Sequence record: MZ501268.1
Length of the DNA stretch: 64,000 nucleotides
Direction: 5' to 3' (one strand)
Made by a program: the position numbers and the translations under genes. This document shows, in pieces, positions 18,028-25,626 of the stretch. Below the pieces are notes generated by a model that had not been told where the DNA came from, did no database searches, and worked only from the letters and a program-made list of their open reading frames with translations. Positions within the stretch are counted from its first letter, which is position 1, and each line of letters begins with the position of its first letter.

Positions 18028-19047
18028 ATGGATGAAGATAAGAAACTGGTTGAACTTGCACCCGGTAAGGTGGGTAAGGACGCGTACACTGGCGAGCCTA
18101 CTGTCGATTATATTGCGTTTGACAGAACTGGGTACGATGAACTGCTCGCGCTTTACCCGGAGTATGTCGTATTTATCCGCGACCCTAAGGCCGTCACCGA
18201 AGGCATCTCACTAATACCCACGGTAGACCTCAACGCCAAACCATTCCCGTGGATATTATCCGCCATTGGTCCGGTTGATATTGCCTTTAAAAAGATTGTC
18301 CTGGAAGCAGCAGGGCTCGATGAAATTGATGCGTTGTCCAAGCTTCTCAAAGATAATGAAGCTAACGCACGACAAGGAAACTATTTGATGACTACCGATA
18401 ACAAAAACGTAAACTATTTCGAACTGATCCGTGACTGGGGTAAAGCCCGTAACATCATCGGCGGGGGCTCTACACCTATTGATCAGTTTATCAAAGGCCT
18501 GACGGAAGCAGCTGAACTCTGGGGCAATATCCTGGGTGGCAAAACCAATAACCTGAAAGATGACATTGGCGATACACTGGTGTGTCTGACACAGTCTTAC
18601 GGTATCATCGACAGCATCAAAATCGAAGCTGCTGCGGATGACATCGACTCCTGGTTACGTGAAGCTCGGGTTGAATACCAAAATTACGGCGAGTGGGCGG
18701 ATAAGCGTCTGGCGTTATCTGTACTGCGTACGCTCGCTAATATCTCTCTGGAAATCGAGCTGGCCCAGTTTGAACCGCTGTATCACGATCCAGAAAGCCT
18801 GCAGGAACTCACCAGCAAATTGATTGCTGATTTGGTTGTGCTGGCTGAAGCCAAAGGCTGGACACTGGAAGAGTGCCTCGCTGAAGCGTACAACGACATC
18901 AAGGACCGTAAGGGTGTGATGTTCAACGGTGGGTTTGTGAAAGAAGCGACCCTGACTGTTGACTATGCCAAAGAGATGTTGGCCTCTGGAACAGTTGGCG
19001 GTGTGGGCGCAGATTATCTGAACGGATATATTGCCGCTAACAGCTAA
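18028..19047 (+). CDS. mazG: MazG-like nucleotide pyrophosphohydrolase with N-terminal extension
   Basis: WGKARNI..QFIKGLTEAAEL...KDDIGDTLVCL and TLEECLAEAYNDIKDRKG motifs. Confidence 0.8.
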   Translation: MDEDKKLVELAPGKVGKDAYTGEPTVDYIAFDRTGYDELLALYPEYVVFIRDPKAVTEGISLIPTVDLNAKPFPWILSAIGPVDIAFKKIVLEAAGLDEIDALSKLLKDNEANARQGNYLMTTDNKNVNYFELIRDWGKARNIIGGGSTPIDQFIKGLTEAAELWGNILGGKTNNLKDDIGDTLVCLTQSYGIIDSIKIEAAADDIDSWLREARVEYQNYGEWADKRLALSVLRTLANISLEIELAQFEPLYHDPESLQELTSKLIADLVVLAEAKGWTLEECLAEAYNDIKDRKGVMFNGGFVKEATLTVDYAKEMLASGTVGGVGADYLNGYIAANS

Positions 19048-19064
19048 ATGTAAATAATGCTACA

Positions 19065-19108
19065 CCTACATTACCTAAGGGATAGTGAAAGCTATCCCTT
19101 TTATGCCA
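19065..19108 (+). terminator. early-promoter-like motif immediately followed by hairpin + TTATGCC terminator
   Basis: CCTACATTAC (19065-19074), AAGGGATAG-TGAAAG-CTATCCCTT, TTATGCCA. Confidence 0.65.
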
Positions 19109-19221
19109 ACCTTTAACTGTCATCAATAGAACAATTCGCTTCTATTCACGAACTGAAAAAGCATCTTCAGTCTAATTAATTCACCCATCCATAAATGACA
19201 ATTGTGTCATAGGAGATCAAC

Positions 19222-19920
19222 ATGTTAAACGCATCTAAAGTTACTGTCGCTGCAAAGTCCTCTAAATGCACCATTGAGTATGATGGTGCCGACGGCAGCA
19301 CGCCACGCAGCCTGCAGTTCTCATTCAGCAATGAAAACCTGCATTCGGTAGCGAGACTGATCTTCATGTATCAGTTAAAGTTTGTTAATATCCCCGCAAC
19401 CAAAGCGGTGATTCCTTTTAAACACACGTGCGGTAAAACCGTGGTGGAAAGTAAATCGCCATTTACGTGGTCACTCGACAACGGTATGGTCAACTTCAAT
19501 CTTGATACCAATGTGTTTGTTCGCCATCATTGGGCGGGTCATGCTGATTTATTGGTGCCGGTACTGACCAGCAGTTTAGGGATCAATTTCAGCTATCACT
19601 TCATGGGTACCTTAAAAGGACATCCATACATCTTCGTGTACAAGTACGTAGATGCTTCGCGTGATACTGAAATTGTCATGTTGACCGACCGCAAGTCGTT
19701 TTATGTGGCGATGGCAAACAGCATGCTGATCGAACGGGGCTGGTACTCGTTCTTTGGGTATGACAAGGATATGTTGTGTCCTGACTGGGATGTTACCACA
19801 GCAAAACAACACCGTGGCGAACAGGCTGCTTTAGGTGATCGCTATCGTCATCTGGTTAAGCAGTATAATTCTGTTGACGATCTTTTAATGAATGGTGTCA
19901 TCGCAGAGGAACGCGCATAA
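19222..19920 (+). CDS. hypothetical protein
   Basis: RBS AGGAG; 232 aa. Confidence 0.75.
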   Translation: MLNASKVTVAAKSSKCTIEYDGADGSTPRSLQFSFSNENLHSVARLIFMYQLKFVNIPATKAVIPFKHTCGKTVVESKSPFTWSLDNGMVNFNLDTNVFVRHHWAGHADLLVPVLTSSLGINFSYHFMGTLKGHPYIFVYKYVDASRDTEIVMLTDRKSFYVAMANSMLIERGWYSFFGYDKDMLCPDWDVTTAKQHRGEQAALGDRYRHLVKQYNSVDDLLMNGVIAEERA

Positions 19921-19930
19921 CCCATACTGG

Positions 19931-19950
19931 GAGAGGGTATTTGCCCTCTC
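19931..19950 (+). terminator. hairpin, putative terminator
   Basis: GAGAGGGT-ATTT-GCCCTCTC; weak U-tract. Confidence 0.5.
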
Positions 19951-19973
19951 TCATACCAATCTAATTAATCTAC

Positions 19974-20405
19974 TTGTGGAAATTAACCATGACAACGTCG
20001 CGTACTGACTTGATCACTAATCGGATCAAAGAGGCATTAAATGGGGTCCGGGTACAAACCAGTGAACTGTATCATGAATCAACAGAGGTCACATCATTCG
20101 GTGCGGTGAAAACGGTGATGTTCTTTTGGAACGTAGCTGACAATGATTTAACTGCTGAGATGGTCGAGCGTGAAATCCTGGTCCGACTACAGGCTGAGAA
20201 CATTTACGTGGCCTTCCACAAAACCCGCCGTCGTGAAGGGGAGCGTTTAGTTACCGCCAGCATTCCCTGTAATCCGAATAACCCGAATTACACCTACGGT
20301 GGCCTGCGAGGTTTTACCCAGATGTGGCTACAGAAAAGCTTCGGGGCAACGAAAGACCGCCTGCAACAAAAGCAACGTGACAGTAATTTGTTTATTCGCC
20401 GTTAA
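19974..20405 (+). CDS. hypothetical protein
   Basis: 143-aa ORF; start possibly ATG 19989. Confidence 0.6.
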   Translation: MWKLTMTTSRTDLITNRIKEALNGVRVQTSELYHESTEVTSFGAVKTVMFFWNVADNDLTAEMVEREILVRLQAENIYVAFHKTRRREGERLVTASIPCNPNNPNYTYGGLRGFTQMWLQKSFGATKDRLQQKQRDSNLFIRR

Positions 20406-20416
20406 TTAAGGAATAC

Positions 20417-21145
20417 GTGATGGATATTGACAATAAGAAAATCTTAGGTTTGTTGTTGAACGACTTCACCGATATGTACATGTTGCAGCTCAACAAGAAG
20501 AACCGGGATGTCTGCATTGACGAGTTAAACACCGGGATGTGTGGTGTGGCGGCGATGTGTGTCGGGAATGTCATGCGTGAGCGCTATGGGGTTACTGAGA
20601 TTGACTGGGAGTCCCACTGTTTGCACATGTGGTTGGTGTTAGAGGGCAAACGCTACGATACGCTATATCCAGAAGGGTACAGCGAGGCGGTGGCTGATGC
20701 GTGGTTACTGAAAACGCAGAAATACAACAGCGACGTCATGGCCGGCGGCACTGTTATTGATATTGAAGATAACAGTGGTTATGTAGCGGGTGGTTGGTGG
20801 GATTGTCTCTATCTGATCAAAGGCTGGTATGAGCGCTACGGTATGACGCCTCCGGCTTACGTTAAGCGCATGATAGCTAACTTACGGGGTAATCACCTTC
20901 ATCGTCAAGAACGTCGTGCAAAACGCCGTTACCAGCTGGTATTGAAAGCACCCCTCCCGTCACCTACTGACGAAGTCCGCACCAACAATGTCTTACCAAT
21001 GACCCACTACTGGCACGGTGAGTTTGAAGGCAGCCAAGACCGAGTGTTGGCACGTAGACCTGGTATGCCGTCAGTAAACACGTATAAAAGCCTATTGAAG
21101 TATTACCGTGAGAAAGGTGTTCCTATCACACAGTACTTCTGTTAA
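20417..21145 (+). CDS. putative papain/transglutaminase-fold protein (Cys-His-Asp)
   Basis: NTGMCGVAA ... LHMWLVLEGKRYDT; paralog of 27404..27958. Confidence 0.5.
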   Translation: MMDIDNKKILGLLLNDFTDMYMLQLNKKNRDVCIDELNTGMCGVAAMCVGNVMRERYGVTEIDWESHCLHMWLVLEGKRYDTLYPEGYSEAVADAWLLKTQKYNSDVMAGGTVIDIEDNSGYVAGGWWDCLYLIKGWYERYGMTPPAYVKRMIANLRGNHLHRQERRAKRRYQLVLKAPLPSPTDEVRTNNVLPMTHYWHGEFEGSQDRVLARRPGMPSVNTYKSLLKYYREKGVPITQYFC

Positions 21146-21174
21146 TCAACCATCTACTAAGAAGGAAACGATTC

Positions 21175-21900
21175 ATGACGCTGAAGAGTAATAAACAATT
21201 AAATGCTGAAACCCCTGAGCTGCGTGACCTGGTCATTGTTATCGACGGGTTAAATGTCCTGGACCTGAATCTGGCACCGGGTGCCCGTGCAGCGCGTTAT
21301 AGCGTCCAACTGTCAGGCGACATGGGATTGACTCCAAACAACAAACGTGCGGTGTATGGTCATGCCGCCCAGCTGTTAAATGCACTCCTGGAGAGAGGGT
21401 TCTCTGCACATGCAAACGTATCACGTGACGATCTGGATAATGACGTTGCGCGTGCAACTGAACTCATGCAGCAAGCGGTCAACCTGCTGATCGAAACCGG
21501 TGAAGACGTTATGGTGCGCTGTCACTCACTGTCTATCTCGGTGACTACTGTTGATTTCAACTTGACTGGGGTGCAGGTCATCAGCGATGAGGCGATGGAT
21601 AAAGTCGAGTTCCTGTTGGCGCAACCTGCAGAACCATCTGAAGCACTGGCCCAGCTGCTTGGGTGTAAAAACCAGAGTTGTATGATTAACAACGAGCTGC
21701 ATGTACGCCGTGAGTTCGCGAATGAATACGGCGATGTGATCATTGTGTGGATGCCGATCGATCTTAATCAAGATATCCTGCACACCGGCGATGTGGATAA
21801 AACTAAACTCAGCTTCCATGGCGACGCGTCAGACGGTAAACCAACCTTTATCATCAACCGCTATGCAGTTAAAGGTAATACCGACCAGTCACCAGTGTAG
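21175..21900 (+). CDS. hypothetical protein with an internal DUF1778/TacA-like segment
   Basis: RBS AAGGA; VISDEAMDKVEFLLAQPAEPSEALAQLL. Confidence 0.55.
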   Translation: MTLKSNKQLNAETPELRDLVIVIDGLNVLDLNLAPGARAARYSVQLSGDMGLTPNNKRAVYGHAAQLLNALLERGFSAHANVSRDDLDNDVARATELMQQAVNLLIETGEDVMVRCHSLSISVTTVDFNLTGVQVISDEAMDKVEFLLAQPAEPSEALAQLLGCKNQSCMINNELHVRREFANEYGDVIIVWMPIDLNQDILHTGDVDKTKLSFHGDASDGKPTFIINRYAVKGNTDQSPV

Positions 21901-21934
21901 TAATTAAATAATAGACAGTGTAATCATATGCGAT

Positions 21935-21975
21935 AAGGGGGTCTGGTGAAAGCCATATCCCTTTTGGTTATGCTG
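21935..21975 (+). terminator. hairpin + TTATGCTG terminator
   Basis: AAGGGG..TGG-TGAAAG-CCA..CCCTT, then GGTTATGCTGTC and a long T-run. Confidence 0.65.
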
Positions 21976-22070
21976 TCTTTTTTTTTGTTTTTAAAAACTA
22001 GCGGCCACCATTATATGCAATTTACACGACACACTTTTTCATTTGACACACTTAGCAAGAGAGATAAGCA

Positions 22071-22214
22071 ATGAGCCAACCTGAAGAATTTGATTTGGAC
22101 GCACTGGGCGAACTGGACCTGGACAGCGCTGAGAAAGCAGCAGAAGCGAAAGGTGCCCTGGGTGGCGAAGCTATCGCTGATGGCGAAGCTGACTGCGAAG
22201 GCTGCAAGATCTAA
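22071..22214 (+). CDS. 47-aa acidic peptide ending in DCEGCKI (NrdA C-terminal-tail-like)
   Basis: Hand-translated MSQPEEFDLDALGELDLDSAEKAAEAKGALGGEAIADGEADCEGCKI; purine-rich AAGAGAG upstream; highly expressed-type codons; not in the ORF track. Confidence 0.75.
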   Translation: MSQPEEFDLDALGELDLDSAEKAAEAKGALGGEAIADGEADCEGCKI

Positions 22215-22240
22215 ATGCCGTGATGTGAACCGGGTCTGAT

Positions 22241-22588
22241 ATGGGATCAGTTAACCGAGGAAACATCATGAACATTTATCTTGTCAAACGTACCGACGAA
22301 GTCATGCGCAATGAATTCAGTTCTTTTCTGGTAGTTGCACATTCTGCAACTGAGGCGAAGACTATTCACCCGCACTATCACTGGAACAGTTCAGCTAAGA
22401 AGACCGACGATGATTTCACTATTGTTGAGTGGGGTGCCGACATGGCAAAATACTGGCAACGTGAATCAATCCGTTGTTCATCTGAGTGGACACTGGATAT
22501 GGATAAAATAAATCCTATCTATTTAGGGCAGGCTGGCGTTGAATTCACACGCCCTACTATCCTTGCATGTTCGTACGAAGACTTCTAA
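22241..22588 (+). CDS. hypothetical phage protein
   Basis: Likely start ATG 22268 after RBS GAGGA; MNIYLVKRTD..FLVVAHSATEAK. Confidence 0.65.
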   Translation: MGSVNRGNIMNIYLVKRTDEVMRNEFSSFLVVAHSATEAKTIHPHYHWNSSAKKTDDDFTIVEWGADMAKYWQRESIRCSSEWTLDMDKINPIYLGQAGVEFTRPTILACSYEDF

Positions 22589-22594
22589 CATATC

Positions 22595-22623
22595 AGGCGT
22601 CCTTCGGGGCGCCTTTATGCCGG
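22595..22623 (+). terminator. hairpin + TTATGCCG terminator
   Basis: AGGCGTCC-TTCG-GGGCGCCT, then TTATGCCGG. Confidence 0.8.
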
Positions 22624-22666
22624 TCAAATTCTATAGGTAACGATATAAACAAAGACGGAGTTAAAC

Positions 22667-23152
22667 ATGTTGGAAATAATAATGCTTACCGGCGGTGCAT
22701 CTGAGCCAGCGAGCGGTAATGTGCCTTTAACTCCTACCCAACAGTGGGTGTCTACAGTAACGCGTGATGTAACCTTTACGCTACTAGGACCAGGTGGTGG
22801 TGCCGGCGGCTCTACGGGTACTTATGCCGGGGGTAGTGGTGGCAACGGCGGAAAGGTCAGTGTTGTTAAAACCGTCAAGCGGGGTGATGTGATTTCCTTT
22901 ACAGGTGGCACAGGCGGTGTTGGTGGTAGTAGTTCAAGTAACGGTGGTAACGGCACGCCGCTGGTATTGGTGATTAACAACGTTGCACAGGAATCAGCAC
23001 CCGGAGGTGGTGGCGGTAGCGGGAGTCGAAATAGCTTAGCGGGTTCTGCAGGATCAAATGGTGGGAATGGACTGGGTGCTAAAGGCGGGACAGGTTCTAA
23101 AGGGTCTGCGGGTAACAGCGGGGCCAAAGGATCAGCGACGATCACATGGTAA
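22667..23152 (+). CDS. glycine-rich putative virion/tail-fibre-like protein (MLE family)
   Basis: Starts MLEIIMLTGG; polyglycine-type GGGAGG repeats; RBS GGAG. Confidence 0.65.
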   Translation: MLEIIMLTGGASEPASGNVPLTPTQQWVSTVTRDVTFTLLGPGGGAGGSTGTYAGGSGGNGGKVSVVKTVKRGDVISFTGGTGGVGGSSSSNGGNGTPLVLVINNVAQESAPGGGGGSGSRNSLAGSAGSNGGNGLGAKGGTGSKGSAGNSGAKGSATITW

Positions 23153-23188
23153 TCTTATGACTTGTATGTAGCAGGTCTGAGGTGAATC

Positions 23189-23818
23189 ATGTTTAAACGT
23201 CTTGCGTTTTTCCTGTTCAGTAAGTTCTTTGATCATAAAGGGGAGTACACCATGTCAGAAGCAGCAAAAGATCAGAAGCCCGACGAGACACCAGTAGTTC
23301 CTTCAGTTGAGGAGCAACCGACTCCTGTGGCTGATGATACTGCTGATGCTCCGCTGGCGTCACCGAACTTGGCCTTTGCACCATCCGATGCAGTAGGTTC
23401 ACGTCCGGAAGTTCCTGAAGTGAATGAAGAAGAAGCCGTAACAGAAACTCCGGTTCCTGTTGTTGAGCCAGTAGCGGTACCTGTTGAAGAACCCGCACCA
23501 ACACCAGTCGTTGTCCCTGAGACAGCTCCGGTTGCTGAGCCAACACCTGCCCCGGCAGTAACCCCGTCGACCGACAGCACTAAGACTGAAGGCGATGCCA
23601 CACGTTTCGATCATCTGGCAAGCACACTGAAGAGTTTACTTCAGGTAGCCGGTCATGAAATTGACGAAGCGTTTGATGACGCAGTACCTTTGGCAAAACA
23701 GATCGCCTCCAGCGATGAAGACTTTGGTGACAAGCTGAAAGATATTCTGGTTGTAGTTGGCCGTGAATATGGCGAAGCTTTCCACAACTTCTTCAGCTAC
23801 GCTAAGAAGCATATCTAA
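23189..23818 (+). CDS. Pro/Glu/Thr-rich low-complexity protein with helical C-terminal domain
   Basis: EPVAVPVEEPAPTP linker; alternative start 23251 with RBS GGGAG. Confidence 0.7.
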   Translation: MFKRLAFFLFSKFFDHKGEYTMSEAAKDQKPDETPVVPSVEEQPTPVADDTADAPLASPNLAFAPSDAVGSRPEVPEVNEEEAVTETPVPVVEPVAVPVEEPAPTPVVVPETAPVAEPTPAPAVTPSTDSTKTEGDATRFDHLASTLKSLLQVAGHEIDEAFDDAVPLAKQIASSDEDFGDKLKDILVVVGREYGEAFHNFFSYAKKHI

Positions 23819-23827
23819 GTGAAAAAC

Positions 23828-23859
23828 AGGGGTAGGGTCACACCTACCCTTTATGCCGA
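23828..23859 (+). terminator. hairpin + TTATGCCG terminator
   Basis: AGGGGTAGG-GTCACA-CCTACCCT, then TTATGCCGA. Confidence 0.75.
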
Positions 23860-23898
23860 CAGAATCTTATAGACGGTGTTCTTTATTAAGGATAGGTT

Positions 23899-24504
23899 AT
23901 GTTAGAAATGATGCTTGGTGGTAAACCCGCTGCGACAGGAGGTCAACAACTCTTTACAACTGCCGGTACATTCAGTTTCATCGTACCCAATGGCGTCACC
24001 CTACTGGATACGTATAACCAGGGTGGTGGAGGTGGGGGTGGTAATGGTAACTCATCAACGTATAAAGGGTCCAACGGGATTCCCGGAAGAGTTGGTGCAC
24101 CTGCTTATGTAAACGACATCCCTGTCACACCTGGTGAGACATTAACCATTGTAGTGGGTGCAGGCGGTGCGTTGGTTACTGCAGGCGAGGCGACTCAGTT
24201 GTTACGGGGTAGTACTGTGCTAGCAACCGCCCCAGGTGGGGCTGCGGGGGCGAATTCTGGTTCTGTTGGTAGCAGTGAGAACAACGTGGGTGTCGCAGGC
24301 ACTGCCGCAACAACCATTCCTGGAAATACAACAACTTACACAGCAACAAACAAACGACCTGGATCTTCAGGAAATGGTGGAGCTGGCTATTCCAACGGCA
24401 GTGGTAAGTTAAGCGCAACTGCAGGTATTGCTGGCGGTCTACGATTGATGTGGGGTAATGGACGTGATTATCCTGCAACGGGTGTGGCTGATGTAAAGAT
24501 GTAA
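23899..24504 (+). CDS. glycine-rich putative virion/tail-fibre-like protein (MLE family)
   Basis: Starts MLEMMLGG; QQLFTTAGTFSFIVPNGVT, GGGGGGG, GGLRLMWG. Confidence 0.7.
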   Translation: MLEMMLGGKPAATGGQQLFTTAGTFSFIVPNGVTLLDTYNQGGGGGGGNGNSSTYKGSNGIPGRVGAPAYVNDIPVTPGETLTIVVGAGGALVTAGEATQLLRGSTVLATAPGGAAGANSGSVGSSENNVGVAGTAATTIPGNTTTYTATNKRPGSSGNGGAGYSNGSGKLSATAGIAGGLRLMWGNGRDYPATGVADVKM

Positions 24505-24560
24505 AAGAATAAAAGTTTGGCGTTACTTATATAACGACAACACACATTGGAAACAAGACT

Positions 24561-25139
24561 ATGGCTAAGTTATATTTCTACTATGCGTCGATGAACGCAG
24601 GTAAGTCGACTGCATTGTTGCAGGCGGCACACAACTATAAAGAACAGGGACACCATGTCTTGTTAATTAAGCCTGAAGTTGATGACCGCAGTGGTTCATC
24701 TAACATCAGTTCACGCATCGGGCTCGAGTCCTTGGCCATTCCTTTTGATGCAGAAGCTAACCTGTATGAACTTACCTTACGGGAACTGCGTAACACCAAA
24801 CTGTCTTGCGTGCTGGTTGATGAATCTCAGTTCATGACTGACGAGCAAGTACAGCAGTTATGTGACGTGGTGGATTTCAATAATATCCCGGTTGTGTGTT
24901 ATGGGCTGCGAACTGACTTCCAGGGTAACTTCTTCCCAGGGTCAGGGGCGTTGCTTGCCCGTGCTGACAAACTGATCGAACTCAAAGGCATTTGTCATTG
25001 CGGTAAGAAAGCCAACTTTGTCCTGCGTCGTGATAAAGCTGGGCGGGTGGTAAAAGAAGGTGATCAGGTTATGATTGGTGGCAACGACCGTTATGAAGCG
25101 GTGTGTCGTCATCATCACCGTCGGGCCATGCTTTCCTAA
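24561..25139 (+). CDS. tdk: thymidine kinase
   Basis: MAKLYFYYASMNAGKSTALLQ, LVDESQF, CYGLRTDF, C-H-C zinc site, IGGNDRYEAVCR. Confidence 0.97.
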   Translation: MAKLYFYYASMNAGKSTALLQAAHNYKEQGHHVLLIKPEVDDRSGSSNISSRIGLESLAIPFDAEANLYELTLRELRNTKLSCVLVDESQFMTDEQVQQLCDVVDFNNIPVVCYGLRTDFQGNFFPGSGALLARADKLIELKGICHCGKKANFVLRRDKAGRVVKEGDQVMIGGNDRYEAVCRHHHRRAMLS

Positions 25140-25142
25140 GTT

Positions 25143-25174
25143 AGAGCCAGGGGTTCGCCTCTGGCTTTATGCCG
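25143..25174 (+). terminator. hairpin + TTATGCCG terminator
   Basis: AGAGCCAGGGG-TTCG-CCTCTGGCT, then TTATGCCG. Confidence 0.8.
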
Positions 25175-25190
25175 CCCAAAGTATCTCATG

Positions 25191-25208
25191 CCTACATTAT
25201 GCTTGTGT
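25191..25208 (+). promoter_or_regulatory. putative early promoter
   Basis: CCTACATTAT-GCTT-GTGT, a variant of the repeated motif. Confidence 0.55.
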
Positions 25209-25263
25209 AGAAAGCAACATTATCAACTTAACCTATAGTGTTTTAGCCAGGAGGTATTTGGAC

Positions 25264-25626
25264 ATGAATCACTTACTGTTGGATGTAACCGAGAAAGTAT
25301 CCCCTGTTACCCGCCAGTTTATTAACACTGATTGGGATGGAATTATCCGTGATGTTAGTTTATACATCATGCGACTTTATTGTGCTTCTCAATTACTCGG
25401 ACAACACATTAACCACAACCCCGCAGACCACCTACGGGATATCCAATGGCGCTACGGTTTTGACCCACAGGACGGGCAGGTTGCTGTGCAGTTTACCAAA
25501 CTGTATAAACACCTTGGGGACGCCATCGGTCTTTATGTACAACAGACCCAGCCTAAGAAACTATTAACTGTTATCCGTGTAAGTTCGGCTAACAACATTT
25601 TCCAATTGCATTTAGGGTATGCCTAA
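25264..25626 (+). CDS. hypothetical protein
   Basis: Start moved from 25075 to ATG 25264 (RBS AGGAGG, after terminator and promoter). Confidence 0.7.
   Translation: MNHLLLDVTEKVSPVTRQFINTDWDGIIRDVSLYIMRLYCASQLLGQHINHNPADHLRDIQWRYGFDPQDGQVAVQFTKLYKHLGDAIGLYVQQTQPKKLLTVIRVSSANNIFQLHLGYA

Noticed and set aside
22822-23614. Pro-rich and Ser/Gly-rich antisense or alternate-frame ORFs (22822..23145, 23217..23546, 23272..23601, 23399..23614)
   Set aside because: Shadow frames of low-complexity Gly-rich and Pro/Glu-rich genes; no RBS or promoter
25075-25263. Long 5' extension of ORF 25075..25626 overlapping tdk
   Set aside because: A terminator, promoter and strong RBS place the real start at 25264
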